Below are positions 41,445-56,000 of a stretch of DNA of 64,000 nt, in pieces. The stretch is from the NCBI GenBank assembly GCA_951406725.2, contig OX597820.1:113708001-113772000 (forward strand), read 5' to 3'. The position numbers and the translations under genes were made by a program. Origin of the DNA: Octopus vulgaris. Lineage: Eukaryota. The notes below the pieces were generated by a model. That model was not told the DNA's origin, did no database searches, and saw nothing but the letters and a program-made list of their open reading frames with translations. How positions within the stretch are numbered: the first letter of the stretch is position 1; every line of letters starts with the position of its first letter.

Positions 41445-41878
41445 ATGTATGTATGTGTCAACATATATATGTATATGTGTATGTATGCATGTATGTATGT
41501 GTGTATGTATGTATGTATGTGTATGTATGTATGTGCATGTATGTATGTATCTATGTGTGTATGTATGTATCTATGCATGTGTGTATGTATTTATGTGTGT
41601 ATGTATGTATGTATGTGTGTATGAATATATGTGTGTATGTATGTATGTATGTATATGTGTATGTATGTATGTATGTATGTATGTATGTATGTATGTATGT
41701 ATGTATGTATGTATGTATGTATGTATGTATGTATGTATGTATGTATGTATGTGTGTATGTATGTATGTATGTGTATGTATGTGTGTGTATGTATGTATGT
41801 GTGTATGTATGTATGTATGTATGTGTGTATGTATGTATGTATGTATGTATGTATATGTGTATGTATGTGTGTATGTAT
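41445..41878. repeat. (ATGT)n / (GT)n compound microsatellite
   Basis: Direct reading. Confidence 0.95.
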
Positions 41879-42014
41879 ACTAGAGTATACTATTATAAAT
41901 TTAGGCTCATAACACAAAATTTCATGCTACCGAACGGTCTCATATCAGGCAACTATTTAAGTGTGGAAAGGTAATTCGATACTCTCGATATATTATTTTT
42001 TTATTATTATTATT

Positions 42015-42561
42015 GAGTGAGAGAGCAGTGCATGCCATCAAAGTGACACTGGGGTAAAATATACGAATCCTAGTATTCCCATCATGACTACCCGTCTGAT
42101 AAGGGTACACCAGGCACATGCATCACAACCATATGTGCGCGACATGGTGATCTCATATCAAGATAAACAGCATATGACCTTGCAGGTGGAGCCCAGTTAG
42201 AATTTTCTTCTGGTCAAGTAACCCATCCTGCTCAAAAGGTCCCTGAATAAAGGTTGTTTAAGGATGTTGAACGAAACACCCATGTTTCCAGAGGTGAGTT
42301 ATTCAAACCCCGAAGAATCCCTCTCAACACATGGCTATGATGCTCCTCCACTGCTTCTGCTCGTGATCAGAGATGCACATATCGTCAACCACTAAGGGAC
42401 ATGCTCAACTAGTTTAGGTCAAACAACTGACAAACAAATCTATGGTATTGAGCAAAATATTTGCTGTAGCCCATCTTTTATACCAAGACAAAACAATGTA
42501 CATAATAACACTTCCAATCAGTTAAGATCAGAAGCCATGAGAGCCACTGCCTAGTACTGCA

Positions 42562-42565
<4 letters not shown>
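42015..42565. mobile_element. Unclassified interspersed repeat flanked by (ATT)n; internal segment shared with 6500-6670
   Basis: 42300-42470 is similar to the reverse complement of 6500-6670. Confidence 0.6.
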
Positions 42566-42593
<28 letters not shown>

Positions 42594-42595
42594 TA

Positions 42596-43137
42596 AGATG
42601 TCGCATAGTAATCAATATCGTGATGTTGTTGATTGCTGATAATGTGTCTACGGGGGGTTTGTACTGTCTGTCAGGCCTCAGACGGACAGTTCTTTACGCG
42701 ATGTGCATGCAGTTCCAAGTAATGCCGACTTTTGCAATACACGTAGATTGTAGGGTATTTCTAAAGCTTCTAGATACTTTTCCAGGTTGGGTGGTATTGA
42801 ACCCAATGCTCCGATGACAACAGGAAAAACCTTTATGTTTGACTCTCGTAGCTCCCACATCTTGACCATCTCAATTCGCAGGTCTCCATATTTGTCAAAC
42901 TTTCCTCTTTCATGATGACACTGTCACGTCGATTATTAAGCACTCTTGTTTGTCCCCACTAAAAGTTACTATGTCCGTCTTCGGTGCTCTGACACCTTGT
43001 CTGTCTGAAAGTCAAATCCCTGAGGATTTTTGCCTTCCCCTTTTCGTCCATTACCTTTACCGGTGTATGTTGGTACCAAGCACCTGTTATCTCGTATCCA
43101 TACTTTCGATATAGTAGCCAGTGAAAGTTTTAGGCTA
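42596..43137 (-). mobile_element. R4/Dong-like non-LTR element 3' fragment (restriction-like endonuclease C-terminus) ending in (TAA)n
   Basis: Peptides WYQHTP, KIL-D, MW...VFPVVIGALG...LQKSALLGTA; (TAA)n follows on the minus strand. Confidence 0.8.
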
Positions 43138-43195
43138 TTGTTATTGTTGTTGTTGCTGTTGTTGTTGTGTTGTTGTTACTGCTGCTGTTGTTGTT

Positions 43196-43600
43196 AAGGC
43201 GGCGAGCTGGCAGAGTCATTAGTGCGCTGGGCGAAATGCTTAGCGGTATTTCGTCTGTCAATATGTTCTGAGTTCAAATTCCGCCGAGGTCGACTTTGCC
43301 TTTCATCGTTTCGGGGTCAGTTAAATAAGTTCCAGTTACGCACTGGGGTCGATATAATCGACTTAATCCGTTTGTCTGTCCTTGTTTGTCCCCTCTGTGT
43401 TTAGCCCCTTGTGGGCAGTAAAGAAATAGGTATTCCGTCCGTCTTCACGTTCTGTATTGAAATTCCGCTGAGGTTGGCTTTGCCTTTCATCCTTTCGAGG
43501 TCGAAGTACCAGTTGAGCACTGGGGTTGATATAATCGATTTACGCCCTCCCTCAAAATTGTTGGCTTTCTACCAAAATTTGAAGTCATTATCATAATTGA

Positions 43601-43658
<58 letters not shown>

Positions 43659-43908
43659 TGTGTTGATGTTGTTATTATTACTGTTATAGCTATTAAGGCG
43701 ACGAGCCGCAGAATCGTTAGCACGCCGAGCAAAACGCTTAGCAGCATATCGTCCGTCTTAACGTTCTGAGTTCAAATTCCGGCGAGGTCGACTTTGCCTT
43801 TCATCCTTCCGGTATCGATAAAATAAATACCAGTTGAAAACTGGAGTCGATGTAATTGGCTCACCTCCTCTCCCGAAATCGGTGGCCTTGTGCCAAAATT
43901 TGGAATCA
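43196..43908 (+). mobile_element. Cluster of SINE family A copies (43196-43590 composite; 43695-43908)
   Basis: Repeated head and core motifs separated by (ATT)n. Confidence 0.85.
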
Positions 43909-43909
43909 C

Positions 43910-44515
<606 letters not shown>

Positions 44516-44923
44516 TGATGTTTGTTGTTGCATTATATTTTTTATTTATTTATTTATTTATTTATCCATTTCTCTTTGCATTGACTCATTACATTTCTAC
44601 ACCATTTCTCGCACCTTCACACATCGACCACCACAGAGCATGCATTGTCAAAGTCAGCACCATCCGACCGCACGCACGCGCACCATTGTTAGGAACAGTT
44701 AGTCGTTGTAGTAGATGCAGTAGTAGTAGTAGCAGTAGTAGCTGTGATAGTAATAGTAGAAATTGATGTCGTTTTTGTCGTTGTTGATGTTGCTGTTGTT
44801 GTTGTTGTTGTTGTTCTTCAGATTGTTGTTGTTATTGTTGTTGTTAAAACTGCTGTTTGCATCCTGCAAGTTGTAGGATCTCATTTTTTTTTCCTATTTT
44901 CGTCTCCTCTTCCTCTCCACTAT

Positions 44924-44963
<40 letters not shown>

Positions 44964-45107
44964 CGATGATGACGATGACGATGATGACGATGACGATGAC
45001 GACGATGACAATTAAGACGATGATGACGATGATAGTGATGATTGAAACGCATGGTGGGGTGGGGTATTGGTGGCGGCGACGACGATGACGATGATGATGA
45101 TGATGAT
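44924..45107. repeat. (GAT)n/(GAC)n trinucleotide repeat
   Basis: Direct reading. Confidence 0.9.
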
Positions 45108-45209
45108 AAGGAAGAGGGAAAGATCTGAAATGTATAATGCACTTTGTAATAACCATAATTACCCCCAAATAAGTTAAATCCTATTTCTTCTAATTAATAT
45201 ATATCATCA

Positions 45210-45263
<54 letters not shown>

Positions 45264-45276
45264 GTATGTATATATA

Positions 45277-45485
45277 AGACGCAGAGGTAGCTGAATCCTT
45301 GTCACGCCGGACAAAAATGCTTAGCAGCGTTTCGTCCGTCTTCATATGCTTAGGTCAAATGCCACCGAGGCCGACTTCACATTTCATCCCTTCAGGCCGA
45401 TAACATAAGTACCAGTTGAACAGTGGGGTCAATGTAATCGATTTAACTCCTCCCTCGAAATTGCTAGCTTCGTGCCAAATTTTGA

Positions 45486-45488
<3 letters not shown>
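45277..45488 (+). mobile_element. Old SINE family A copy
   Basis: tttcatcccttcaggccgataacataagtaccag core. Confidence 0.7.
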
Positions 45489-45549
<61 letters not shown>

Positions 45550-45552
<3 letters not shown>

Positions 45553-45888
45553 TGTATATTTAAACACATAAGAGGCACGCCGACAAAAAACTGCGCTTGC
45601 GCGGTGGATTTGAAAAATTATAATGTATAAGCAAGAGGCACATGTTATATTTATCTCGTACTTATATGTTTAATCTAGGCGTACCTGTTGATGAAGACGT
45701 CGCCTAGTAAATTATTTTATTTGCGAAAAAAAAGTCAGAAACCATGGTCCAGGAGATAGATGGTGAATGTTTTTATTTTTCATTCCCTTCGAGTTTTTAT
45801 CCATAATAGTGGTTTGGACTTTAGCTGTTCCTTCTGGCGTGAAAGGAATCCTATGACGGATACCTCTTATGTGTTTAAATGTACACTG
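45550..45888. mobile_element. MITE with 26-bp TIRs (CAGTG ends)
   Basis: cagtgtatatttaaacacataagagg / cctcttatgtgtttaaatgtacactg, one mismatch; TA only on the left flank. Confidence 0.7.
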
Positions 45889-45984
45889 CGTTTATATGAA
45901 TAATATATAGTGTATTGACTAATTTTTCTACACGCTAGGCCACAGGTAGTAAAAACTTCTAAAATCTTTATTACTCTGATATTA

Positions 45985-46064
<80 letters not shown>

Positions 46065-46640
46065 TGAGATAGAGATCTTTATATATATCTATATATAGGT
46101 ATATAGATATATATCTTCATATAATGTATTAGACACAAACACTTAAAGTCTATTAACCCAGGTCTATATATATTACACTCCCCAGCCCATCCACTCCGTT
46201 ATATTAGTCTTACAACATTAGCCCATCTATAAGCCTCTCTGTACACCAGACTTCGCTGTCTTTCTAGTCCACCATCGTCACCACCACATAGCAACAAGAC
46301 CCGTAATAAGTTCCATTCTATATCTGATAGTTCCTTGTTGTTAGACCCGTAAAAATGGATGCCAGTTATTTAATCCATCATGTTGTAGATACTAGATTTA
46401 TATAAGCAAACCTTTGATATTGGATTCATTATATTAGACATAGCATTTAGCCTGTGTCTGTCTTTTTACTGTAAGGTGGTCTCTCGTCTTTAGTGAAACA
46501 ATTTCCTGTAGATCAGCATTGTTAGATTCATTGCCAGACGATTCTACATCGCTGTCTCTTCCTCCCATTCTTCCTCTCCTCTTTCTCTCCCCTTTTTTCT
46601 CACTCTCCCTTTCTCCCCTCCCTCACATACACACACACGC

Positions 46641-47381
46641 TTTTTACAGTAGTGCTTGGAAGGAACGTGCGTAGCGTGTGATCGTCGCATTGAACATGAC
46701 AGAGAAAGTTGTCATGGCGATAACTGCTCAGAGGCCTACGCAAAGTTGCAGAAAGTGTATGGAGAGGAGTGCATGAGCCGCACACAAGTAATATGAGTAG
46801 TTCAGACGTTTCCAAGATGGCCGAAAAAATGTCGATAGTGACAAGCGCTGTGGAAGACCCGCAACCTGCAAAACTAAGAAAAACATCGCAGATGTGCGTG
46901 CAGATTTAAGGGAAAATCCTCGAATCACCATCCGTGAGTTATCAGAGGATGCGCAGATTAGTCCATTATCACTGAAGATTTGGGTATGAGATACGTGTCT
47001 GCCAATTTTGTGCCAAAACTGCTTTCAGCTGACCAAAAAGACACTCGGGTTTCAGTTGCACAAGAGCTCCTGGATTGTATCGAGAACAATGAAAACTTTT
47101 TGAAAGCTTTGCGTAGGCCTCTGAGCAGGTATGTCCAAGCTTTTGGCAAAATTTGATGCAGATTCTCTGCTCAACTTTCTCTGTCATGTTCACTGCGACG
47201 ATCACGTGCTACACTCGTTCCTTCCAAGCACTGCAGTAAACAGCGGAAGTGAACTAGAACATTAAACCTTTGTGCGCATGCACAGCAGTGTTCAAGATCA
47301 ATCTGTGCCCAGCAGCTTTATTCTGTGTGCTTTAACTTCGTTACTATGACAACAGTCCGGATAATTATTGATCAGACCACA
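46641..47381. mobile_element. Mariner relic: + strand transposase N-terminus followed by an inverted copy of the element 5' end
   Basis: + strand peptides MTEKV, CSEAYAKLQKVYGEECMSRTQV, RCGRP, RITIRELSED, DLGMRYVSANFVPKLL; minus strand MTEKVEQRICIKFCQK and a TIR-like gtggtctgatcaataattatccggactg. Confidence 0.8.
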
Positions 47382-47447
47382 TATACTCCATATTTTCAGT
47401 TCTAGTTTTCCTGTTTGCATCACCATACATACATAACTACATACATT

Positions 47448-47502
<55 letters not shown>

Positions 47503-47596
47503 TCTCACACACATACACACATGTATGTATATATACTTTCATATATCCATATATATATTTATACATATATCATATATACATATATATTCATATATA

Positions 47597-47658
<62 letters not shown>

Positions 47659-47987
47659 AGTGAAGTGTGTGTGAGAGGAGGGTGTTTGATAAATTGCCCT
47701 GACAATGTTAAGGTTACTTATTTTCAGAAATAACGCCGACGAGAATTTATCAAATGTTAGCGCGAATAGAACGGGAGTTCAGAGAAGCAGTCGGTGGGAT
47801 GGCGGTGAGGGGGACTGAAGCGATAAAAACTTAACTCTGGCTCACTTGCATCTCACATTATATTCTCGGTCACAAATATGTATGTATGTAGGTAGGTAGA
47901 CAGGTATGTCTGTATGTGCGCATATGTATGTAGATATGTATGTTTATGTGTATATACGTGTATTTCCATATATGTCTCTGTTTTTAG

Positions 47988-48027
<40 letters not shown>

Positions 48028-49931
48028 CTGTATATTTATTTGTGTATGGTTATATATTTATACGTTTATGTTTGCGTGTGTATGTATATGTGTTTGTGTG
48101 TCTGTGCAAACAGCAAGTCACCTTCTCCGTTGCCATCTTTATCAATAGTATTTCTATAATATAAATCGATCTATGTTTTATTTTGCAGAAATAAAAATTA
48201 TATATATATTGAGAGTAGGAAAAATAGAAGCAGGAACAAAACTAACATAAGCTGGAATCTGTGGCTTTGGGTTTCAATTCTTGACTTATATATTAATAGC
48301 TATTCGAAATAACATGTGAAATGAAATGTAAAGCGTGGTTATGTGTTCATGCCTTTTGGCGAAAATTTGCAGTTTGAAAATCTATTTTAAAAAATGATGT
48401 CAATTTTAAAATCCGGTGTCTTTCGATTACATGAGGCGGGAAAAAAATATTTCGAACGTTTTAGAGGATGGCAAACGTTTCGACATGAAACGCACGATGT
48501 GCACCGGTTCAAACCATGATTTTAACGGTAATAAAATACAGTAAACATTAGCGACATAAAGACAATGTTACTTTCTGCCTAACTTTACTAGCACCACACT
48601 AATGGTAGTGCAAAATATGCCAGGTTTTTCCGCTTCATCCCGTATAATTTTTCGCCTTCACTTAAAATACCGTTCCGCTATCGATCTATCATCAAAAAGT
48701 ATAGGTCACTATCTGATTTTTATTATTGGTAGATGGCAGAATCGGTAAAGCATCGGATAAAATAGGATGCGGTATTTGGTTCAGTGAATGCGCATGATTT
48801 AGTGATTAGTGTGTTCGGTGCATGATAGCAAGGTTGTGGTTTCGATTCCTGACCTGGACAGTATGTTGTGTTTTTGAGCAAGGTAATTCATTCGCCGTTG
48901 TCCCAGCTTCCTCAACTGAAAATGAGTTCCAGAGGATTGATGGTGCAACTTGATACTCCGCTGTCACATCCTCGATATTCCGCTGGGTCAAGAGAAGATA
49001 TCCGAGAGCGGGTGGGGGTCTATGCCTGCTGGCGACTTATCGAGTACCTAAAGCAATTAACTAAAGCATGATACATGCCACCAGGGTCTCACTCGCTTGC
49101 AAGTGATGGTTGCGAAGTAATTTGGTTCTGCCAAAACATGGGAAGATATAAAGACAGTTTCCCCATTACATGCGTCCGGGATTTTTTTTTACAAAGCAAC
49201 TCTTGTAAAGCAATTGATGGGCAAGCAATATGTGTAACACCTGCTGAGAACTGTCCCAAAACTGACGACAGTGGTGTGCGCCTGTCTAAGTTATCACTAG
49301 GGGTCGTTCGTCGAGCAATGACTTAACGAGCAGGTATTTGGTTAGGTCCCTTTCCGTTTTGAATTTAAAATCTTGATCGAATCGACTTCTCCTTCAATTT
49401 ATTCCGAGGTCGCTTAAGTACCCCAGTCGAATACTGGGATGGATATAATCGCTTCTGTATTTGAAAGCGGCGTCCCAGAATGGCTAGGGTCCAGTGACTG
49501 AAAAACGGTAAACGAATTGTAGAATATGATCAACAGAACTGCAAGTACAATCTATTTTTTCTTATTTAAGTAGTTCCTAGTTTTCAACCAAGTATTCCAA
49601 CAGGAACACTCAGAAATTTAGGCTTCAACCCTCACATAAAAAAATAGACTAGCTTATAACAAAACAACATAAAAAAAAAAAGAAATATTTAGACAACAAA
49701 CAGCATCAAAATAAAACTAATTAATTATACAGAAGCAACACCAAAATGTTTTTAAAATGTACAAATGAAGAAACACTCAAATACACATTTCACAAATATT
49801 AACCACACATATTTAGTAAAATAACAACATTAATAAACTTAATAGCGAACAAAATGAAATTTAACTTTTTCTCTTCCCCCATCACTTCCAAAGGTCATTG
49901 AATTTATGTTCATATTTTTTTCTTTCTCCAG

Positions 49932-49979
49932 TCAACGAACGATGACGTTCGGGTCGTCCCTTTAAGGCACAAGAAACAG
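49932..49979 (+). CDS. Exon start / 48-nt phase-0 exon (STNDDVRVVPLRHKKQ) just upstream of the giant ORF
   Basis: Strong acceptor ttttttctttctccag at 49931; only frame 0 open; possible donor CAG|gtgacg at 49980, otherwise frame 0 stops at TGA 50091. Confidence 0.65.
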
Positions 49980-50008
49980 GTGACGGCAGAAAATCTTAAA
50001 GGTAAAAT

Positions 50009-53000
50009 ATGGATAGGGGAGAAAGTAGGGCGGCTCCTAGCCGCATTGAGGTCGGTCGAACAGCTAGCATGGAGAATACCAGAGATGATGTGATAAGGTT
50101 ACCGTTTATTGGCACCTTCCCACGAACTAGGAGGGATAAAATAGATGAGAGTAAAATGCCATCTACCCAGTCTCCGACTAGTTATAGACAGAAAATAAGG
50201 AGTGGTATATTTGGAAACAGAACATCACGATTTCTCGAAGAAGTTAAACCTAGCGAACAAAGGGGGACTATATTTGGTACGCTACCGCGGCGCAAAGTCA
50301 CAGAAACTGATACATATCCGGAACACCATAGCTCATTGCCCCGATCACATTCAGACATGAAAACAATCAAGAGTTTGGTTAAAGAAACTAGTTTTCCTGT
50401 GTATGGTGGTGGTCGAAATACCTTTGAAAGAACAATTATAAACACAGATTACCGAAGATCTCCTTTCGCTGTTCGATCGCCTCGTTCCAATAGTAACAGT
50501 CGTGCCAGTATGCATGACTATGCACTCAGTAGCGACGAGGGTTCTTGGTCGGCTGCGGATAGTGGTCATATTGATGATATGGAAAGTTCTGTGCTTAGTA
50601 CGGCATCCTCGCAAAATGCTGGCGATTCCAATACAGACGAACAGAAAAAGAAGAAGAAAAACATCAAAAGTTTAGGTAAAAGAATCAAAAAGGGTCTCTA
50701 TTCCCTTTTTCACAAACATGAAAAACGAGACAGAGACAGCGGTGTAGACGATATCCGACAAACTGATGAAGAAAGCAACAGAACATACTGTAGCACCGAT
50801 TCCGAATTTGATCGCGACAGCGTGAGCAATTTCTCTTACACGTCCAGCGTCAGTCGAAACAATTACGGAAGCAACGCGACTCTGTCACAAACTGGCCCCA
50901 ATGAAGATCGACTCAGTATGGTATCGTCATCAACGTTGTCAAATTATGGAAACGATAGACATAAAGCCGGTATGCGTAGGGTGAGAAGTATGGGTTTCCA
51001 AGATAAGAAAAGTACTTTAGGCCACTTTGCTAATGCTACTCCTTATGATAAACCTGATGGAGATGTTACTTCGGTGTCTGCTCAAAATCAACGGAAGACA
51101 TATTCGCATCAACTAGGCATGTCTCCCGGAAGTTCAACTGATATCGTGGACAGAAACGTGCAAGATCGCACAGCTTCGGCAAACACGAATATACATGAAG
51201 ATAGTAATATGAGACGCAGCTTAACATCGGAGAAAATTAATAAAGACTCGAAGGTGACCAACAGAACATCATTACCATTTATGGGAATTAATTTGCATTC
51301 TAAGAAGAGCCAAGAATTCTCAGTATCCTCGCAGAAAACACATATTGATCAAACAGCTTCTGTGGAAGACCGTACTGTTTTGTTAAACACAGATACACTT
51401 GTTTGTGAAGATAATAGCATGAGACGCAGCTTAACATCAGAGAAAATTAATAAAGACTCGAAGGCGACAAACAGAACATCATTACCATTTATGGGAATTA
51501 ATTTGCATTCTAAGAAGAGTCAAGAATTCTCAACATCGTCGCAAAAAACACATCTTGATCAAACAGCTTCCACTTCGGAAGACGTTTCTGCTTCTAAATC
51601 AAAGAATACCAGTAAAGTCAGCCGTGGGTTGTTTGGTTTCTCCTTTCCCGGCAGATCTAATAAAAGTTCGTCTTCTCAGCTCAAATCCACAACCAAAAAT
51701 AGTAAAGGCAACACAGATGGGGAGGATACATCCTACAAAACTTCACAAGAACGGAAATCTTTGGAAGAGAAACACGGTAGAATGTTTCTTCCAATCTTGT
51801 CTGGACCAAAAGCCAGCAAGAACAGGTCGGTTGTTGTAGTAGCAAGCAGTATAGTTGGCATGTCACCATTAGGACAATTGTCCGACTCCAGTTTTTCAAA
51901 CATCGAAGATCTGAAGACCGACCATTTGAACGATAACATTCCGTCGTATACGGAACCGGACAAAATTAAGGATTCTCAACAGCATAAAACGATTGCAAAC
52001 TTCTTAGAAAGGAAAGATCCTAGAACACAAGATCTCGCCCCTGCAAGGAACAATAACCAAGTCTATCCTTCGGCAAAACAGTCTGGTACTGAAAACTCTG
52101 TAAAGTTGACAACGTCTAAGCGTGAATTTAACAAACATTCGAACTCAGAAAGTCACCAGTTGGGATCCAATCTCTTACGCAACGAAAGAACTGCTTCCCC
52201 GAAATCTGTTTCTATGCACCAACGTCATGTTCCAGAAGCAGCTGCCATTCGTGTTGAAAGCCAGATGAGTAAAGAGAAGACAAACCTCGGTAACGAAAGC
52301 GTCATTCTGTCACAAGTTACCCAAGTCCGAAATGAAACCAAAAACGAAGAGAAAATATCTTGGCACACTAAAGAAACGAGTGGGAAAACAAATGGAGAGG
52401 ATCTTAGCATTAAAGAGGATAAAACAAGAACTGTGTTTCAATATCGTACTGAAACCAATTACGATGATGATGATGACGACGACGATGACAATGAGTTCTT
52501 TGATATCGAAGAACCGACAGATAAGGCACCAACAAGTTCTGATGGAGATAACACAGATTTGGAGTTCTATGATAGCGTAGAACTCGCTCCAGACACCCTT
52601 GGACAAATAAAAGAAGACAGTAGTGGAGAAAATAAAGCCGCCTTTGGTTATTCTTCAACTACACAAATTAAAACTTCTTTTGAGCATTTAAGTCAGGACA
52701 GAATCCATCGCCGATCGGAAGACAACATTTCGAGTCGTTCTGAAATAAGCAAAAGCAATGTTTCACCACATCGATTACATAATGTAGCAAACTCATCTGC
52801 TCCAGCGACTCAAGCTTTTAAGACTCCTTACATAACAGACAATGGTGCCGAATGGATCAAGAGAACAGATTACAGCCAAGTTCTCACAAAAACCGATGAT
52901 GTCGAAGAAATAAAAAGAAGATCCGATATTATTGTGCAAAAATCGAAGAGTATCGACGAAAGCAGTTCTGGCGAAAGGCCAACACTAGATTTACCAAATA

Positions 53001-56000
53001 GAGTAAATCAAATACAGAGAACAGCAAACCAATCGAAAGCTGTTGAAGAATTAAGTAAATTCAATGAAATCAGTAGTTCAAGCAGAAAGACTGTTTTGTC
53101 AACCTCCCCCTCGATATCAGCAGCAAGAAAAACTGTTCCTTCTAGTAATATTAGCAAGTCATTGGAATTATTCCAGAAAGAAATTACCAAAGTTGGAAAA
53201 CAGCCTATGAAAATAGAAGAAAAGACACAAATCTCAACTAGGGAGGAGAAGGGAGTTTGTGTGAGTAAACATGGGAGAGATAGTGCTGAAGAACCGCCTC
53301 CAGAAAGAGATAAACATGGATTTGGTGTTAAGCCACTGAATGACAATAATGATTCTCTTAGGATTTTTAGCGGTGCAGACGATATTGCCAACGCTAAGTA
53401 CAGAGGAATCAGACAAACCGAAGAATCCATCAAACATATTTCAAGATCTAACAGCGAGAACATTCCAAAGAAAGAAGTTGAAGAAGCGGCCAGAATAAAT
53501 GATGTTCCCACTCTGAGAAGTGATAACATCAAAACTGAGAACCAATATGTTGGTCGGGAAATTGATGGTGAGCATAGCCCTGGGGATCAATCGATAGAAA
53601 ATGTCAGGAAAGATGACATTGAGGAAAATAAGAGCAAAAATATTATTAAATCAGATGAAAATCAATCCAGAAGGATCAATAACGATAAATCCAAAATCAA
53701 AGTTGATTCTGAAACCGCCTTATCGTCAACAGTCAGGAAATCAGATTTGGAATCGACTGCAAATGATACTAAAAGCATATATTCTTCAAAGCATCCTAAA
53801 AGGGAAAAAAGCGAAAAGTCTTGGAAGAAATCTCCTAAAGAGAAGACTGATTCTCACACAGCACATACAGATGGTAGTGCACAAAAGGAAATAGCCAAAA
53901 GCCAGCTTCCTCATCCTGAGAAAACAAAATCTACTAGACGCGAAAATATTGCACAAAAATTCGATAGGCCTGAAGATAAAAATGATGCAAATCTTGGTAT
54001 TGGAGCTACTGAAAATAGGGAACCAATTCAGAAAGAAAAACCCGCTAAATCTGTGAGTGAAATGACTCAAATTTTCGATGCGAGTGGCAAACATTTGGGT
54101 TATGTTAGCATGGAAGAGATTCTACGACTTCTTAGTGAAAAGCTGAATCTTCCAAGTGCTGTCAACTTGGATCAAAATACCAGTAAAGATGCCGCTACGT
54201 CTGTGACCAGTAGCTTACATAGAAAGATGGAAGGGGAACCAGCAGAAAAAAGTTTTAATGCAAAACATAGTTCGTCGTATGAGTCGAAAGATAAATTCGA
54301 CAATGAACCCCATAGACATACCAGCAGTAAAGCTGATATGCCAAAGGAAAAAGAGTTTCGTGATCACTCGAAGATTGATAGTGGAGTTGACAACAAACAC
54401 AGCAAAAAGGTTAGCCCTAAACATAGCAGTGAATCTAGCCCTGAGTCCAGCAGTGAGTCCAGTCCTGAAATCAGCAGTGAGTACAGCACTGAAGTGAGAA
54501 CTGAATCCAGCTCTGAATCTAGTGCTCAGGCCAGTATAATAGATAAAAACGAACATCTCACTGTCTTAAGTGAGCCAACAAGTAATGATACAAGTGCTGA
54601 ACACAGCGTTGAGTCTAGTCCCGAACTGAGCAGCGAGTGCAGTCCAGAACTGAGCAGTGAGTGCAGTCCAGAACTCAGCAGTGACTCCAGTTGTGCAGAA
54701 CTCAGTGGAGAATCCAGTAGCCCTGACGTCAACAGCATCCCTAGTAGTGAGGCCAACAGTGAAACAGAATGCGACCGAGAATTCAGTTTTGAACATAGCC
54801 GTGTATTGAATGAGGAAGATCAAATTAAAGATGGTGACACCAGTTCAGATTTCAAGCTCAACTTTGTTTCTGAGAATAAATCCAGTGATGATTCTAAGAT
54901 TGACATCATAAGAATCATAGATAATGAAAATAGTGTAGATGTTCCAAATAAGGAAGACAGGACAAGCTGGTCCGAACGTGCTCCCAGCGATTCAGATATT
55001 GCTGCTAAGAATGAGAGTCTTGATAATCAAGTTGAAATCGATCATGAAACCAATATTGAAATTGTGAACAGAGATTTAAGCGAGAAACAATTCAAGGATT
55101 CCGAAGAGACCCTTGATACTGCTCACAAAACTGATAAGGAATCCAAACTCCAAACCAAAATTGATGCAGCTGATAAACGTAAAGTGAATTTAAGCCCAAC
55201 TTCAACCGAAGAGAATTTAAATAACATGAGTGATTTAAAACATCATAGATCTGAAACACTTCAGGCAAGATCTACAGTTTCAGACGATGTTGGCGTTACG
55301 TCTAAGGAAGTTTTCACTGAATTTGGTCCAAAACAGAAACCAGACGACGTAAATATTGAACAAATTGTTTCTGAATTCGTTGACAGTAAACGTAAGTCAA
55401 GTGAGTATGATCTCAGAGCTTCCAATCAAAACAGCAGCGATGGAATTTTAGCTAAAACGAATGATGCCAAAAATAGCAAAAGCAGCGAAAATATTAAAGC
55501 CATTGAGATTTCCCGGAGCAAAAGTGAAAGTATTGAATGCAAAGAGGAGAAAGAAAACAAATACACGGAGCCAAACAAGCCAAAAGTAATCAGGAAATAC
55601 AGTAAAAGTTCAAAACATGTTGATATCGATCTTTTGGCAGACCAAATGAAGGAAGCAGATGCGAGCAACAAGACAGATAAACTGGAAGATTCTGATCATA
55701 TAGTTTCGGAACAAAATAAAGTAAAAGTTGACAAAGATGAGAAAAAGGAAGAAAAATCCCGGCCGCCGAAACAGAATCGCAAATCAGAACAGAAAAGAAA
55801 TAAGAAGAAAAATAATATAAATAAAACATCACGGAATAATGAAATCTTTAGTAGCGAGGATAACTCTGCTAAATCCAGTGGTGCTGATATTCCAGGTAAG
55901 ACATCGTCTGAAAGACCTAAAAGAAGTGCGGTAGAATCTTCTGAAAGTGACGGTTCCAACAGTTTGGCCAATTCTACGAGTAAAGTTAAACGTAAAGTAG

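Noticed and set aside
50006-50093. Programmed -1 ribosomal frameshift joining the upstream exons to the giant ORF
   Set aside because: No X XXY YYZ slippery heptamer in the overlap where both frames are open
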